This document shows, in pieces, positions 44,791-58,959 of a stretch of 64,000 nt of DNA (its first letter is position 1; every line of letters begins with the position of its first letter). The DNA is from Eutreptiella sp. 'Long Island Sound 2002'. Its lineage: Eukaryota; Protista; Euglenida. The notes under the pieces are model-generated. The model was not told where the DNA came from. It saw nothing but the letters and a program-made list of their open reading frames with translations, and did not search any database. The DNA is taken from NCBI GenBank assembly GCA_964036045.1, contig OZ038379.1, forward strand, positions 55,180,001-55,244,000. The letters are read 5' to 3'. The position numbers and the translations under genes were made by a program.

Positions 44791-46749
44791 AGGAGGCCCA
44801 TAGTGCACCCTATCGTTTCAGCGAAAAAAGGGGTGATGGTTGGTGTTTTGCATATGGTAAAATAGGGGTGCAAATTTGCATTTTTACATCAAGCTGGGCT
44901 CTGCAGAGCCCGGACCAGTTGTTTAAGTCATGTTAGGCCCCAATATTACACATTTTAGATATCTGGGCTCTACAGAGCCCAGGTTACAAGTTATTCGCTT
45001 TGTACTCACCCCCGTTACAACAATGGGCTCATGTATACCGTGGTCAAGTGGCCACGCTACATGGCGCTGGGTTAAGTGGTTACTCTTGCCGACACTCTAA
45101 CATAGTCAGCCTAAACATTGTCCCCGAATAGTTCAGCAGTAACAGGAATCAAGGATACAACTCCTACGTACATTACTGCTGGGCAATGATCAAAGACACG
45201 TGCCACACCAGGCATCACAGCATCTAGAGGGGAGTGCCAAAACAAGGCCTATATTACAATTTTCCAACAACCTCCCACAACAAGCATTCATAAACTTGGT
45301 GCTTAAGGACTGCTTACTAGGGTTCCCCTGTTGGCTCGGCTCTGCAGAGCCCAGACCTTCACAATGTCCCATTTTGACCCCCTTTTGTGTGACATAATAG
45401 CACTATGACACTTTGAAACTTATTCTACATGTGGTCTGTTGTTATATTTTTCTATGCCTTTGTGTTGTGTTGCTCTTGTATCCTGATGTACAATGGTGCC
45501 ACCGTGGTGTTGTGTAAGTATCACAATTAGCAGCTATCAAGGAGTACTATACAACAAGCCTTAGTCTATTTGCACGCAGGTGTAATTGGAGCTTGGTGAT
45601 GTGAGGTTTGTATTCTTCTGGCGTGTCTGAGTCTATCGGAGTTTCAGGATGCATTTTTTGCAGTATACCCTAGTCTATTGCAGTTGACTTTTGTGCGTAC
45701 TGTGCAGTGCTGTTAAAATTACTATGTGGTTTTATGTCCCATACATTAAGTACATGTAACTTGCTATTTTCTTTTCACAATAGCCATGGCCCATTTTCCG
45801 CATGTTATACATACGGAGTTGGATGTACCGGGCGCCGGCCAGGATACCGAAGGAGATGAGGTTCTAGGACCTGTACCCTTACCAGTTCCAGGTCCCAGGT
45901 CAGGAGTGGCCTGCGGTTGTAGTGTTTATGTAGGGTGTAGTGTTCTTATTTCGCTCATTTTAGCCTCATGGCTCCTTCCTCCAATTTGGGCGCCTTTGAT
46001 GTGCCCGCGGATGGGGTTGACCAGGGGGGAAGTGGTTCTGGGGTTGTACACCCCATGCCACCGGCTGCCACCCCGCCTACCACACGGGAGTCAGTAGCAC
46101 GCGCTGCAGCCACCGTGGCCTTGGAGGAGGCCATTATGTTCACGGGGGCAGCCCCTCCATCTCCTCCCCCTGGCCACCAAAGATGGTCCTAAAGAACCTT
46201 TCTACACCCCCCCCCGGCCGACAGTGTGTGACCCCTTGACTCCAAAGACGATGGTCATGCTGTTAGCAATATGTTGTTGGTTTTGTAGTGATTTTCATAT
46301 CCTTGATGGCCTGTGTCCTCTCAACCACTACCGTTGTAGAGGAAAAGGGCATGGAAATTAGGCTTTACCAAAAAGCTGGGCTCTGCAGAGCCTAGCTTTC
46401 ATGTAAGATGCTTTTTTAGGGTGTGTATTAGGGTTCCCCTGTTCTCTGGGCGCTGCAGAGCCCAAACTTTAACATCTTGTAATTTTACACCCCTCAATGA
46501 CTCGGTTACCAGGATGGCAGGATGTACTACCTCCCCATTGTTACACTTTTTGTGCGCTTCACATTTTCTTTTGCTTTGTCGCTTTCTCGCTTTGTCACTT
46601 TGTCGCTTCTGGTGGGGCAAGGGAGTGATAGGGAGAAGTTGGGTCAACGAAAGGAGGCTAACAAAACCCCTGCCCCCCCCCCCCAACCCCCTGCCCCTGC
46701 CCTTGCCCCCGCCCTTGCCCCCCCATAACCACAAAAAGACCGTATCTCC

Positions 46750-46825
46750 CCTGCTGTGCTGTGTTGTGTTCTGTGATGTGCTCTGATGTGATGTGATGTG
46801 CTGTGTTGTGCTGTGCTGTGCTCTG
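46750..46825 (+). repeat. (TGTGC/TGTGA)n microsatellite
   Basis: Direct reading; a short CACAA tract follows at 47025-47070. Confidence 0.9.
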
Positions 46826-47620
46826 TTCCTTGGGGACCCAAAGCCCAGCTCCAGGTATGTTCTGGATTTTTGAGAAGCTGGGCTTTGCAGACTTCCGCTG
46901 AGAAGCAATTCTAGGGTGTGTCTTAGGGTTCCTTGTTCTCTGGGCCGTGCAGAGCCCACATCGTATAGTTCACCTACTTTACACCCCATAATGGCTACTG
47001 GGGCATTGGGCTATGGGAACTTACAGCACACCACAGTACAGGAGAGCACAACACAACACAACACAACATAGCCCAGCCCAGGAACAGACGGGATACACAT
47101 GGCCCCTCCGATGCCGCCCCCGTTTCCTTTGCTTTCTTTACGTATAAGACGCCCGCATGGTGCAGCTGGTCCTCCCCCTCGAGCGGAGGGGGGAGGGCAG
47201 ACCAACACTCAGGACGCGGGTACCCAACACCCTGATGGTAACCCGGCAGGTGGTCCTCCCTCCCCCTGGATGCCAATGTTTGTCAGTTGTGGGTGGTGGT
47301 GGTGGGGGGGGGGGTGTCCACGAATGAGTGCATGTGGTGCTGCCCCCAAGCCCGTCTCTATCTGTGTGTGGGGAAGCGGTACACGAGAGTGCAGATGGAG
47401 TGCGCTGCCCCCGGACAACATGCAACCGTAACACCCCATGCAAGGGTAAGGTGTAACACCACAGCTCGGCCACCACCCAACTGTTTGCATTTTGGAGGGA
47501 TGGTGGGTGGTGAAGACACCCTCTAGGGATTGGTTTTGGGCATTGTGGGGGTCCAATTGCAAAGTGAAAATGAAATGTCATGTTTGGCCCTATAGTGATG
47601 ATTTGTCGAGGTTAACATTA

Positions 47621-47621
<1 letters not shown>

Positions 47622-47652
<31 letters not shown>
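47622..47652 (+). repeat. (CA)n microsatellite
   Basis: About 15 CA units. Confidence 0.95.
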
Positions 47653-47654
<2 letters not shown>

Positions 47655-50600
47655 GAAAACGGCATGCACACAGAGCCTAGGTGGATTTGGGCGTTTGGAG
47701 ATGGAGATAAGGGGGCGATTTCACATGTGGCGCAGTTTAAAGTGCCAGAGATCACATTTTTGGGGCCGGAAACCCCAAAATCCGTAGTTTTGTGGTCCGC
47801 ACCACCCCGTCAACATCGTGAGCAATTTTACCCCTTTGGGGGTGCAGAATACGAAAAAGTTTCTGGCAATAGGGTAAACAGACGTTGCGGACCCTGGCAC
47901 GGAGGGCGGAGGGTTGCGATGATCGCTGGGCCACTGCAACCCAGAATGGCAGCAGCCCCTTTTATAGCAGCCACTTCCGCCGCTGTCTAACATCCTCAGG
48001 CAATACTTGAAAAAGCACAACAAGTTGACAATGGTGTTGGACCTGTGATGAATGGGGGTGGAAGATACATTTGGCCGGCCACTGCAGAGCCTAGAAGTAA
48101 AAGATGATAGTACAATAAGGGTGCTTATGGACGGTGTGCCTGCTAACCAAACATGCCACACGCCCTACGGATATACCGACCTAAAAATTACAAACTTCTA
48201 TGAGCTGGGTGCTGCGGAAACCAGCTTAAAGTAAAATGCTTTTTGTGCTCGTCAAATAACACATGTGCCATTGAGTTTCAGTGCAATACCCCACCCCTGG
48301 CTGAATCCGTGTACTAGGACGTGCAACCCCGTGGCCCCAAGCGTCATGCTTAATTAATTGTGGTGTCACATTTGAATTTTGGTGTTGAGCTCGGCTCCGC
48401 AGAGCCCAGCTCGGTTGGGCCGTGCCGGCTCGCCACTCACAGGTACATAAAAAGGCATGGGGAGAGTGGTGCCCCATCCAAACGTTTGTGGCATTGGTCT
48501 TGTGCCATTGGTATTTTGAGGCGCGTGTTAGGGATTTCAGATTGACTGGGCTCTGCAGAGCCCAGCTTTCTGAGGAAAATATTTCTGGGGTGTGTATTAT
48601 GCCTTCTTGGGTGTGTGGGCTCTATAGAGCCCATGCCACATGTTTCCCCCATTTTGCACCCTTTGGTGCCATGGTATTTCCCACATGATGGCACCATTGG
48701 TCTTGTGCCATTGGTATTTTCACGTACATATTCCGGATTTCAGATTGGCTGGGCTCTGCAGAGCCCAGCTTTTCTAGAAAGGGCGTTTTTTTGGTGTGTA
48801 TTGTGGTTTTTTGGTTGTTTGGGCTCCACAAAGCCCGCAGCACATGTCTCCGCCACTTTGCACCCATTTGGTCTCATTTTAGTACCCTTGTGATAAAACC
48901 ATAACCGTTGTACCATTGGTGTTTTAGGTGCATATTGGCTACTCCCGATTGGTTGGGCGTCGCAGGGCCTCACTTGCCTAGCATGAGGATTTTTTGGGGT
49001 GTGTTAGGTATTTTTTGGTTTCGTGGGCTCTACAAAGGCCAAACCATATTCCCCCCCCATTTTGTACCCTTTGATCCCCTCTGCATTATGGCCAGGGGTG
49101 CATTCAAATGGGCTAACTCAATTTCTTCTTGGGCACACACCAATTTACAAGGCGTTATGTTTTTTAGATTTTGAAGGGGGAACAGGCAGATGCCCAGGAA
49201 CATAATTTGGAGATATTTGACCCCTACATTTGCAAGTTTCACACTGCTGGGCCCTGCAGAGCCTAGAATGTGCTTCAATGCCAATTTGATGTGTGATTGG
49301 ACTGTTACATTTTGATTTGTCTCTCGATGCCATGGTGCCTTTGTATGTGGGCACGATTCGGCACGGGCACTTGCACTGGCGTTGGCAGCATGGGCTGCAT
49401 CAGGTCTTTTAGTGTGTCCCTTAGTGGTGTTGTGTGTGTATTTTTGCATGTCCTGTTGTACCCCGTTCCATTTGTCACTGCCGGTGGTGGATTTTCGCAG
49501 CACATACATTGCAAAAGTGTTTCACTTTTTGAGCTTGTGAGATTATCCCATATGTGTGTGCACCGCAGTAGTCACAACGCTGGCACAATTGGTCACTCTG
49601 ATTTTTGCCCCTGCAGTTTCGAATTGCACATGGCTGGGCTCTGCAGAGCCTAGCGGAGTGTCTTCTCCAATTTTGCCCCCGCAATTTGGAATTTCACATG
49701 GCTGGGCTATGCAGAGCCCAGCGGAGTGTCTGCTGTAATTTCTACTTGTGCCTTGTGTATGCCCTGTGCACATGTTTTCTTCCACGTGACATCACCGTGA
49801 GCCTAGGACATTAGTGCAATAGTGGCCTGTTTCAGTATCATGGTGTGTGTGTACGGCATGTACCCTTGTCCTCCAGCCGTGCACACGACCGTGCTCTGCA
49901 CCACTGCTTGTTCTACAGGTGTGTTCATGTGCCAGTAGCCCCTTGGCCTCGTGGCACTGCCACAACAAAGTCATGTTCCATTTTTTAGCTCAAGTTTTAT
50001 ATGAAATTTCGTCTCGTCATTATTCGTAGATTTAGAAGGGGGAGCAGATAGTCCGTTTACTATTTACGATTCTCTATTCGTGGATATGTTTTGGACACGC
50101 CTAGCTGTAGTCAGCAGCTCTGCAGTTTTAATGTACTGACAAACCTCCCTTTGCAGGTGCAGGTGTGCCACACCTATACGACCACCGACACCAACTGTGT
50201 GACTGTGTTGGAGTTGTGAAGGCCTGATGTGAGTGGGCTTGTCCTGTGCAGTCCCAAATGGCTGCTCCGTCCATGGAACATTGAATGAGGTGCCCTATTT
50301 GTCTTTGTATGAGTTTATGATTAAATTTGGTGGTCACTTGTTCATTTTGCACTGAGCTGGGCTCTGCTGAGCCCAGCCTTTCAAATTTGATTGATTTGCC
50401 CCTAAATATGACGAATTTTGTACTGCTGGGCTCTACAGAGCCCAACATATTGTCTTAGTCAAATTTGCCCTATGTTCAAAGGGTTGCAGTGTTGCCGGCA
50501 ACTTGACACTGGTGTTCTGGCTTGTTTATCATTAGCGTAATTCATGGGTAACAATACTACGAGTGCCAGAACAACCGCGGCACGTGCTGTTGCCAAATAC

Positions 50601-50959
50601 GTGCTCCATTTGTGATATCAGACTCTGAAACATAGTTTTTTATGGCGGGGCTGGTCCATTTTCCGTATTTCAGACCTCCAAAATGGGAAAAAACAGTTGC
50701 TGCGCTCGTATGCTGTTGGTGCCCAAAATGGTGCCTTTTTGTTGCTTCGCACCCCTTAATTGTGTGTCGTTCCTCGTCCCCATACATCCTGGCTCGGAAC
50801 CACCCCTCCATTACGCTTGGCTATGCAGCAGAGAGGCTAGGCTCTGTGCACGACATGAATTTTGTTTGAAAACGATAGGGGGCACTATGGGCCTCCTAAG
50901 AGTATGTCCCGCCGCGTTTGGATGATGGTCTTCTGCACTTTGCTTTGCTCCTTGAATTG

Positions 50960-53230
50960 GAGTGATAGCCACCCGTGGCTCAATTGACCACCCTTGAGTG
51001 TGGTGATGGACTCCCACGCTCCCATGTGGCATCTTGAGTTCGGGTGATGGCCTTCCACGAAACGGCGTCCTTCGAGTAAGGATGATTGAATCCCACATTT
51101 CAGCGTGGTGGCTTCAATTCGGTGATTGACCGCCAGGATGCTATATATGGCCCCTCAAGATCCGGTCTTGGAATACCACGCTTCGGTGGGGCCCCCCAAT
51201 CACGTGTGATCCACTTTCATGCCATGCCTTGCCTCCTCTACTTGAGTTGACACACTTCCACTCTTTCACGTGCCCTTTGGAGTTGGGAGAATGGACTCCA
51301 ATACATCCCGGTTCAAGGTTGCGTTGGGGTTTTGACTTCAGCGCTTCGGGTTGGCCACTTGAGTTGGGGCGATAGATTTCCACCAGTGTGGCCTGTGAGG
51401 TTGAGGTGCTGGAGGACAAACATCTAGTTGGGGCGAGGAACTGCCACGCTTTCGTTTCGCCCATCTCATTGACTCACATGCTTCAATCTGCCCCCTCGAT
51501 TTCGGGTGATGGGCTCGCACCATTCGATGTTGCTTCTCGATTTGTCGTCATGGATTTTCACGCTTGGCTGTGGCCTCTTGAGTCGGGGTGCTGGACCACC
51601 ATGGTTCGCTTCAATCTATGGAGTTGAGGTGATGTGTCTTCACACTTGAGTGTGGCCTTTTAAGTTGGGTGATGGACTTCAACACTTCCGTGTCACCCCA
51701 CGAGTGGGGTGGATTGACTCCCACACTTCGGTGCCACACTTGAAGATGGGGTGCCGGACTATCCGCACCCAATCGTGGTGGTCCATCACCGCAAAATGAG
51801 TGTCCACATACAAGATTCGGAGTCAATCACTGCATTTGACAGGCCACACCGAAGAGCAGGTGTTGATCACCACAACTCTCGTGGCCACTCTGAACATTGG
51901 GAGCATTGCCCCAACCTGAGGGGGCACGCCGAAGCATGCATGGGAGTCCATCAGTGCACTTGCAAGGATCACACCAGCGATCGGAGTGCATGGCCACAGC
52001 CAAGGGGGCAAATTGAAGTATGGGGGTCCATCACCCCACCTAGAGAGGCCACATCGCAGTGTGGGAGTCCATCACCCCAACACAAGGCGGCAATCTAAAG
52101 CGTGGCACCCATCACCTCCATTTACCACGCCATCTGGACGGGCCACACCGAAGCTTGCGAGTCCGCCACCCGAACAAGAGGGGGCACACAGAAACGCGGG
52201 GGCGCATCGCCCCAACTCTAGGGGCCACGCCAAACCTTGGGAGTGTATCACCCGAACTCAAGATGCCATAGGGAAGTCTCGGAGTCAAGCATCCCACATC
52301 TAGGTACACACCGACAAATCATTGACCACTTTGCTTTGGTGTGCCCCCTTGGGTCGGGGTGATGCAATTCGATGCTTCCATGTGGCCTATTGGGTGGGGG
52401 TGATGGAATTGCATGCTTTTGTGTGGCTCATGGATCTTGGGGTATGGACTCCCACCCCTCGGTTTGGCCCCTCAAGTGGGGGTCACAGACACCATGCTTC
52501 ATCTTGCCCTCTCGAGTTAGGGTGACGTACCCCCACACTTTGCCGTCTCCTCGAGTGGGGGTGATGAACGGGTGCACTTTGATGTGGCCCCTCGAGCTGG
52601 GGTGATGTAGTGCCTTGCTTCCATGCGGCCTTTGCAGTTGTGCTGATGGACTCCCACTTTTTTTGTGGCCTTCTTGGTTGGAGTCATGTATTCCCATCCT
52701 TCTTTGGGGCCCCTTCAAATTTGAGTGATGGATTCCCAGACTTTCGTGCGCTCCCGTGAGTTGGGGTGATGAACTTCCAGCCATGTACTTGCCCAATCGT
52801 GTTGGGCTAATGCATTCCCACGCTTAAGCGTGGCACCTCGAGCCGGGGTGCCGGACTCCCACGCTCCGGTCTGGCCACTGATGTGCTTTTGTGTGCCCCC
52901 CTCATTCAGGCGGTAGGACTCCCATTGTTCTGCTTGCCCACTTCAAGTGGTGTGATGCATAGCCATCATTTGGCCTACTCCTTGGAGTTGGGGTAATGGA
53001 CTCCAACACTTTGGCGTGGCCCTTGGAGTTGTGGAGATACCATCCACGCTTCGATTTGTCCCTCAAGTTTGGGTCATGGTGTCCCGTTCTTTTGTGTGCC
53101 CCATTGATGTAGAATTTTGCTCTCTTACCGTTCAATCTTAGTGCTTGAGTTCGGTAATGCACTCCCACGCTTCGGTGTACCCCCTCAAGTTGGGATGATG
53201 GATTGCAATGAGACGCTTTACGCCCTCAAT
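50960..53230. repeat. 41-bp minisatellite family D with an internal inverted segment (~51765-52300)
   Basis: ggggtgatggactccc units on the plus strand, replaced by ggagtccatcacccc units in the middle. Confidence 0.9.
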
Positions 53231-54679
53231 TTGGGGCCCGGGGCCAGTTCGTGCTAGGCGGTAACTCCATGCAATTGATGGGTCTCTACATAGTGCAAAA
53301 AGGTTGTAGGGATCAATCGGTATTGTATAGGCCGCAAAATTTGTTTTAGGAAAACATCAGGCGGAATTTTTTGGTTGATTGCTATGCATCTGTTGTCAAA
53401 ACACCCGAAATTTATGAAGACTTTAACAATGGGTGAAAAACACAAATGAAGTTCTCTCACCCGTGCGACGTTGTGGCGGAATATGGGTTGGTGGAACGCT
53501 ACATTTATGGGCCAAATTTTTTGAAAAACAATTTTACCCCACTTGTGTGTGCCCTTAGTTATTAGTGCATCATTGGGATCATTTGGACGTCTATATGTTG
53601 GGGTAGCCCCCCCTCCCCGGGGACCCCGGTGGCAAACCTCTTGACCCACCCCACCCACCCCTCAGTCGACCCAAATACAAGCTGCCACAAAGCCATGGTG
53701 CTCGCCGTGTGCTAGCTGGCGCCATGTGGGGGGCTAGAAAGTATCTGCCCCCACCTCCCCTGAACCGCAAAAACTCCTCAGGAGAGGGACAGAGAGAAGG
53801 CGCGGGAAGAGGGCGCCAGTGGCGCGGCGCTGGTCCCCACGCACAGAGGCGGGGGAGAGGGGTAGAGTCGTGGCGTATGGGGCGATTCAGGCACTACGGA
53901 GGTGTCAAAACTCCGTGACGGTGCAAACCGCACTAGGGCGAGAACCAACGGTCATGTGCTTTAGAGAACACCCCCCCCCCCCTCGCGCGTTGGTGCAGGA
54001 GCTGGTTTCCGGTGATGGGGCCGCGGCCTGGTGGTCTCCTGACAACCAACCCGTGCCCGAGGCGTGGCGCTCCCGCGGCCTGTGGAAGGTGCTGGCACTC
54101 GACACAGGGAAGGGCCAGTGCTCTTGCGCCGCCTAATGAGGCTTGCGCGCTGCTGCCGGCTCCTGTTTACAGGTTGTTGTTGACCTCCCGCCGCCTTCTT
54201 TTGCTGCTCTCTCCCACCTCACGCACACGTTCCAAGTGTAGGGGACGTCCTCACTTAGGGTGAAGAGGGGGTGGGACACAACACCTGTGCGACAAGAGGT
54301 TTGGCGTGCACCTACGGCAGCCAGATAAGTGTGCAACCTTAAGAAGACAACTGATTTGGGGGCCGGCAACCCTCGGCATTGAGCCACATGACCTAGTGAC
54401 GCGGGAGCTGTCCATTCTCGCGCTGCGGGGACACGGCTCCTCCACACACTGTAGGTTGTTGTACAGAGCCCCACATCCAAGGGATTGTCACCTTCCAAGT
54501 TCGGCCCGGGTGTCACCAACTGGAGTCTGTTCACAAGGCTCTTGAACGAAGGGGTGGCTCCATCCATAGCCTCGCCGGGGTCACATTCAACACATTTTGA
54601 GCGCACGGCATGTGATGAAAAATAATGGCCCCGTCCCTAGTGTTGTGGGGCTTCCACCAACCGCGGTTAGTGACCGCGG

Positions 54680-55040
54680 CCCGTGAGCGAAGGTCTTGCC
54701 CCCTCCCAAGTGTGGCCGGGTAACTATGGACCGCAGCACGGCCGTGTAACAATGCCCGAAACCTCCAAGGGAGCCTCTCCCAATGCCGTCACGACAAATT
54801 CGGCTCTTCATGGTGTGACACTCAGCCCACCGCCACCAAGAGTGACAATCAAATGTGTTAATTAACCTCTTCCTCGTCACCCTTAGCACGCGCGACGTCA
54901 CCACGTTTGGTGTGCCTTGAGAGCCTTGTGTGACCACCATGCCCAGGCCCGAGCCATTCCAACCGGAATGAGAGCGTTCCTCCGGCCCGCTCGGGCTACA
55001 TTTTTCCGAGGCACTCCCGTCCGTGGTTATCCTAATTCTT
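54680..55040 (-). pseudogene. RNase H-like domain remnant (retroelement)
   Basis: ITTDGS..GSGLGMVV (55030 downward) and, after a frameshift, RAEFVVTALGEA (54807-54770), matching RNase H D and E motifs. Confidence 0.5.
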
Positions 55041-57089
55041 AGTAATAGGTAGGCCCCTGGGTAATAGGTGGGTACGTCTTCACCACCCACCCTAGCCTAG
55101 GATTGGCAGGGCGCAAGTACGCGGAGGGGCGCACCACGGAGCCAAGGCGGGGGGCAACCGCGTCCTAACCAGAGACTTTGGAAACGGCACGAGGGGCGGG
55201 CGCGGGGAGAGGGGATGGGGCGGTAGTGTGGAACCTGCACGAGGTGGTTTTGGCGTTCGGGAGGTCTTTAGTTGCCGTGGAGGCAATGGCGGAGTTGTGG
55301 CAACCGCGATGAGCAATATGCGTGGGACATCAAGACAAATCCCCTCGCTTTAGGGTGCTGCCCGTCGATGCACTGAATGCGTGGACCACATGATTGGGTA
55401 GACAGGCGCTCCCTGGCGCGCATGGTGTTGTGCCTACTAGTAATGCGAGGGCAGTGACCCCCTCCTTCCTGGCCGTAGGAGGTCTTGTTGGCTCTCTAAA
55501 GGTACTCGTCCAGCCCCGGCGACCCTCCGCCACTGGTTCGGGGGACAGAGGTTGTCATGTTTCCGCTGGAGTTGCCCCTAGTGTACCCCTTGGGGCTCAC
55601 TTGTTTGTGCTAATGAGCGGGTCAGGCAGGCCAAGTTAGTGCTCCTCCTCACTCGAAGGCTGCCCTAATAGCGATTCTCCATCTTGAGCATCAGTGTTGC
55701 CCGCTGATCATACCTCTTGGCTGCGACACCAAGCTATCCCTTTCCGGCGCAGTCGTACGTCGAATCCGCAGGCCCGTTGCTCAGCGAAGCGTCCGCGATC
55801 GGCTGAAATTGACGTCTACTACGTTTGCTGTCTGCTGAAGGAGATGGTGGCCCTAAGTGGTTGTAGCAGCCGTCACAACGATCCCCGCGTACAACGTGGC
55901 GCGACCGTTGGCGTGCAGTCGAGCGGGCCCTATATTGCCGGGCACATCACAACGCATGCTATGGTGGTAGCCGCGAACATGAAGCCCTCGTATCACAGAG
56001 CGCCCAAAGCGTCTTCCAAAAGCACTCGGGGCGTAGCTCTCGCCTAGCTTTTACCGGCGCATGGCCGCCCCGCTGCTGTAGCAAGGTGCCCCAATCTTCA
56101 AGCGTGGCCATCACTACTAACCCACTATGCCGCCAACGCGCGGCGTCGGTGCTAAGGGGTTGGGCAATTTGGACACCGATAGGGTAGCCCCAAGGGCCGC
56201 TAATATGTTCAATTCCCAGGGAAGGCCGTCTGGTAAAGGGAGTGGTTAGCCCGCTCCGCATTAAGCTTCACTTTGGGTGCCAAGCGCGCGTCCTCTACCG
56301 TGTTATGGTGGATCACGGTGTCCACCTCATACGGCATGCAGGTTTGTGTGACGCGCGCAAGTGAGTGTGGGGGCCATATTGCGGAAAAAACGAAGGGAGA
56401 GAGCGCGATGCCGGAAAGTAGCTCTCTGGGGACTCGAACTAGTGGGTCCAATTGTAGACAGTGCATGGGATGTGGATATGGTGTTGGGTACTAGGTGTAG
56501 TGCCCTTTGCTGTTCCGGTGGTGCGCGAAGCTCGCCTGCTGCACATGCCCACGGCCCAACAACGAGTACCAGCTAGCCCACATGGTCTTCATTGCTTGGG
56601 CTACTATTGCAAGCTGTTGCCCGAGGGTGTGCACCTCTGGAGTCACTCAAAATGGCGGATGGCGAGCACCCGAGCCAGTAATCAGTGGGGGGGTGATTGT
56701 GGGTGTTGCAGTGGAGAAGCAATGCATTGGGGTGTACGAGGCACTGGGATGCGGCGCCTAGTCATACGGTCCCTGCTGGGGCGCAATCGTGCCGTGCGCA
56801 ATGGGTGCCAGCCATGTTGCCACTTGTGGCTAGTCGTTCGCATTAGGAGCGAGAGCGTGTAGCGCGGCTGCCGCTGTGACCCTTGGTACACGCTAGAAGA
56901 CCCGATTTCGTTCTAGCCAAGAACTTCTAGTCTAGAGTTTCTAGCCTAAACTAGATCAACTCTAGAACAATACAATGTCCACCAACAAGTGCCATTTCCT
57001 TCATTGTTCCGCTGTGCATTCTCGCTATTGCCGCCAGTGCATTGTGCCATGGTCCCTTCTCTCACGCGTAGATGTTTCGCATTTCTTTG

Positions 57090-58790
57090 CAATGAAACGA
57101 CTCGCCAATTCCCCCCTTGCCCCCTCCTCAACCGGGAAGGATACCTCCCTCTTGCCTATGGCATCACCGGATCTCAATCCGGCTTCTAGCCCCAAGGATG
57201 AGCAGGTGGAGCATTATTTGCCCCTGTGGGCGCTATCATGCCCCCTAGCACGGCGTCAATTCAACAACGTCGTCCAATATGTGCACACCGCCACTTCCAC
57301 CCAAACCACGGTTGAGGCATGCAAGGCCGCCGCTGAGGCATACACCGCCTCCCTACCCCCCCCCCCCCCACCGCCATGTGTGAACTTGTGCTCAACACGA
57401 GGGCCCCCAAGTCCTCGTGGAGGACCCTCTCGGAGCTCTGAACGCTCCGTAAGTTGGACTACAACCGCTCCGTCCCCGGTGCCCGCTACTCCCGTTCAAT
57501 TTGCACCAAGCATGCTCCCAAAGCCGTTGGAAGGAGTTGGTGGCCCCCATGGAATTGGATCCCCCCGTTGCCACGGTGTTGCCCAAGGCCGCCGGGATCT
57601 CATGGCCTTTTGCCTGATGCGTCAAGTATATCCTGTCTCACGAGGCTTGGTGCGGTCAATCCATTGCTCCTTCCCGCTGAGATTCATCGTCTGGGGGATG
57701 CCTACCCCGTGGCAGGGGGCAATTGGACCCAACTCACCATCTCCTTGGCCAACTTCAACCGCTTTGCCGGCTCACCTGCGGGCCTTTGGGTGTTGAGCAT
57801 GGCCAATTGCGATGACAAGGCCATGGACACCCTTGGGACGTTGTGGAAGAGCAATTGGGAGGTACTCCTTTCATCTAGTGCCTTTCACTCCCTCTAGTTT
57901 TGTTCTTGTTCTCCTCGGACACCGCTCACTAGAAGCTAGGCTACACCAGCCTAGAACGAAATGAACAACCCCGACAGTCTTGTGTTTAGGTGCTTCAAGA
58001 GTCATCAACCTGGGGTGTGTCCAATGGGGGGCCTCCAAGGAGGAGGCAAAGGTGATCCGAGGGGGTGATCGGCCGTGGACACGAAGGCTGCGGGGTGTTC
58101 ACATGCCCCAGATTGGGGTCCATGTTCAACGAGGGGATATGGAATGTGCAAACGAAAGCGTGGGAGGGTAGTCCTCCCCGAGGACCGTGGAGGGTTAATG
58201 AGGCCAATTTTTTTGAGGCATGGCTAGACATTGCTAGATGCCTTGGCATCAGGCCGATCACCACCAAGTACAAGACCATCGCGAACCTTTGGGACCTGTT
58301 GCAGGCCCTCTATGGTACATATCGGAACCCTAACCCTAACCGTGCAGCAGTGGCAAAGGATTTCAGTCGTCACTGTGCTGCTGGTACACCATCATGGTAT
58401 CTACTGAGCCTAGAGAATGATGTAGATGCCATGTTGCAGAACATTTGGTCATTTGGGTTGGCCACGTTCTGCGGTGACATTTCTGAAAGCATCAACCGCT
58501 TTCTGAAAAATGGTAATAACAAGCACACTAATCGGGAGGGGGCCTGTAAGGTGGAGGGGGTGGATAAGGTAGCAGGGTGTGAATGGCCGACCATCCATAG
58601 GGAGGGCGGCGTGCAAGCACAATGTGTGACATGGCTGTTTGCATACTGACGTGTCATGGGTTGTGCACGGGAGGCCACGGTCGCAAGTTCCATGCCCGGG
58701 CATAGATGCCATGGAGGTGAGGAGGGGCCAGGGCCACTTGCAGGCTTCCCTTGGACCGACCCTTCAGCATCATGTCCGCTGATTGACATC
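57090..58790 (+). pseudogene. DDE transposase, copy 2 (frameshifted, GT-AG intron, internal deletion)
   Basis: GDAYPV (D at 57697), IRGGDRPW (D at 58067), FCGDISESINRFLK (E at 58485); canonical intron 57862-57989 (128 nt, phase 0); lacks ~267 bp present in copy 1. Confidence 0.8.
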
Positions 58791-58959
58791 ACAAATTCAT
58801 AGAGCAGGTCAGGGAACAGGTTTTTTGTCGTGCGTTCTAGCGATGATCTAGGGAGTCCTTCTAGTGTTGATCTAGGCAGCACGATCGGTCGCTAGAACGT
58901 TGCTAGAACGTCGCCAAAAAAGTTGCCTAGGAAATCGCTAGAACACTGCTGCACTTTTT

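Larger units (their letters stand above)
44893..50445. repeat. Dispersed palindrome GGGCTCTGCAGAGCCC (extends to 22-bp GCTGGGCTCTGCAGAGCCCAGC), mostly in pairs
   Basis: About 18-20 copies; pair starts 44896/44965, 46378/46448, 48548/48617, 48751/48821, 48955/49025, 49636/49704, 50359/50428. Confidence 0.9.

Noticed and set aside
58326-58342. aaccctaaccctaacc telomere-like tract
   Set aside because: It lies in frame in the transposase (NPNPN; GPNPLN in copy 1) and is best explained by codon slippage.
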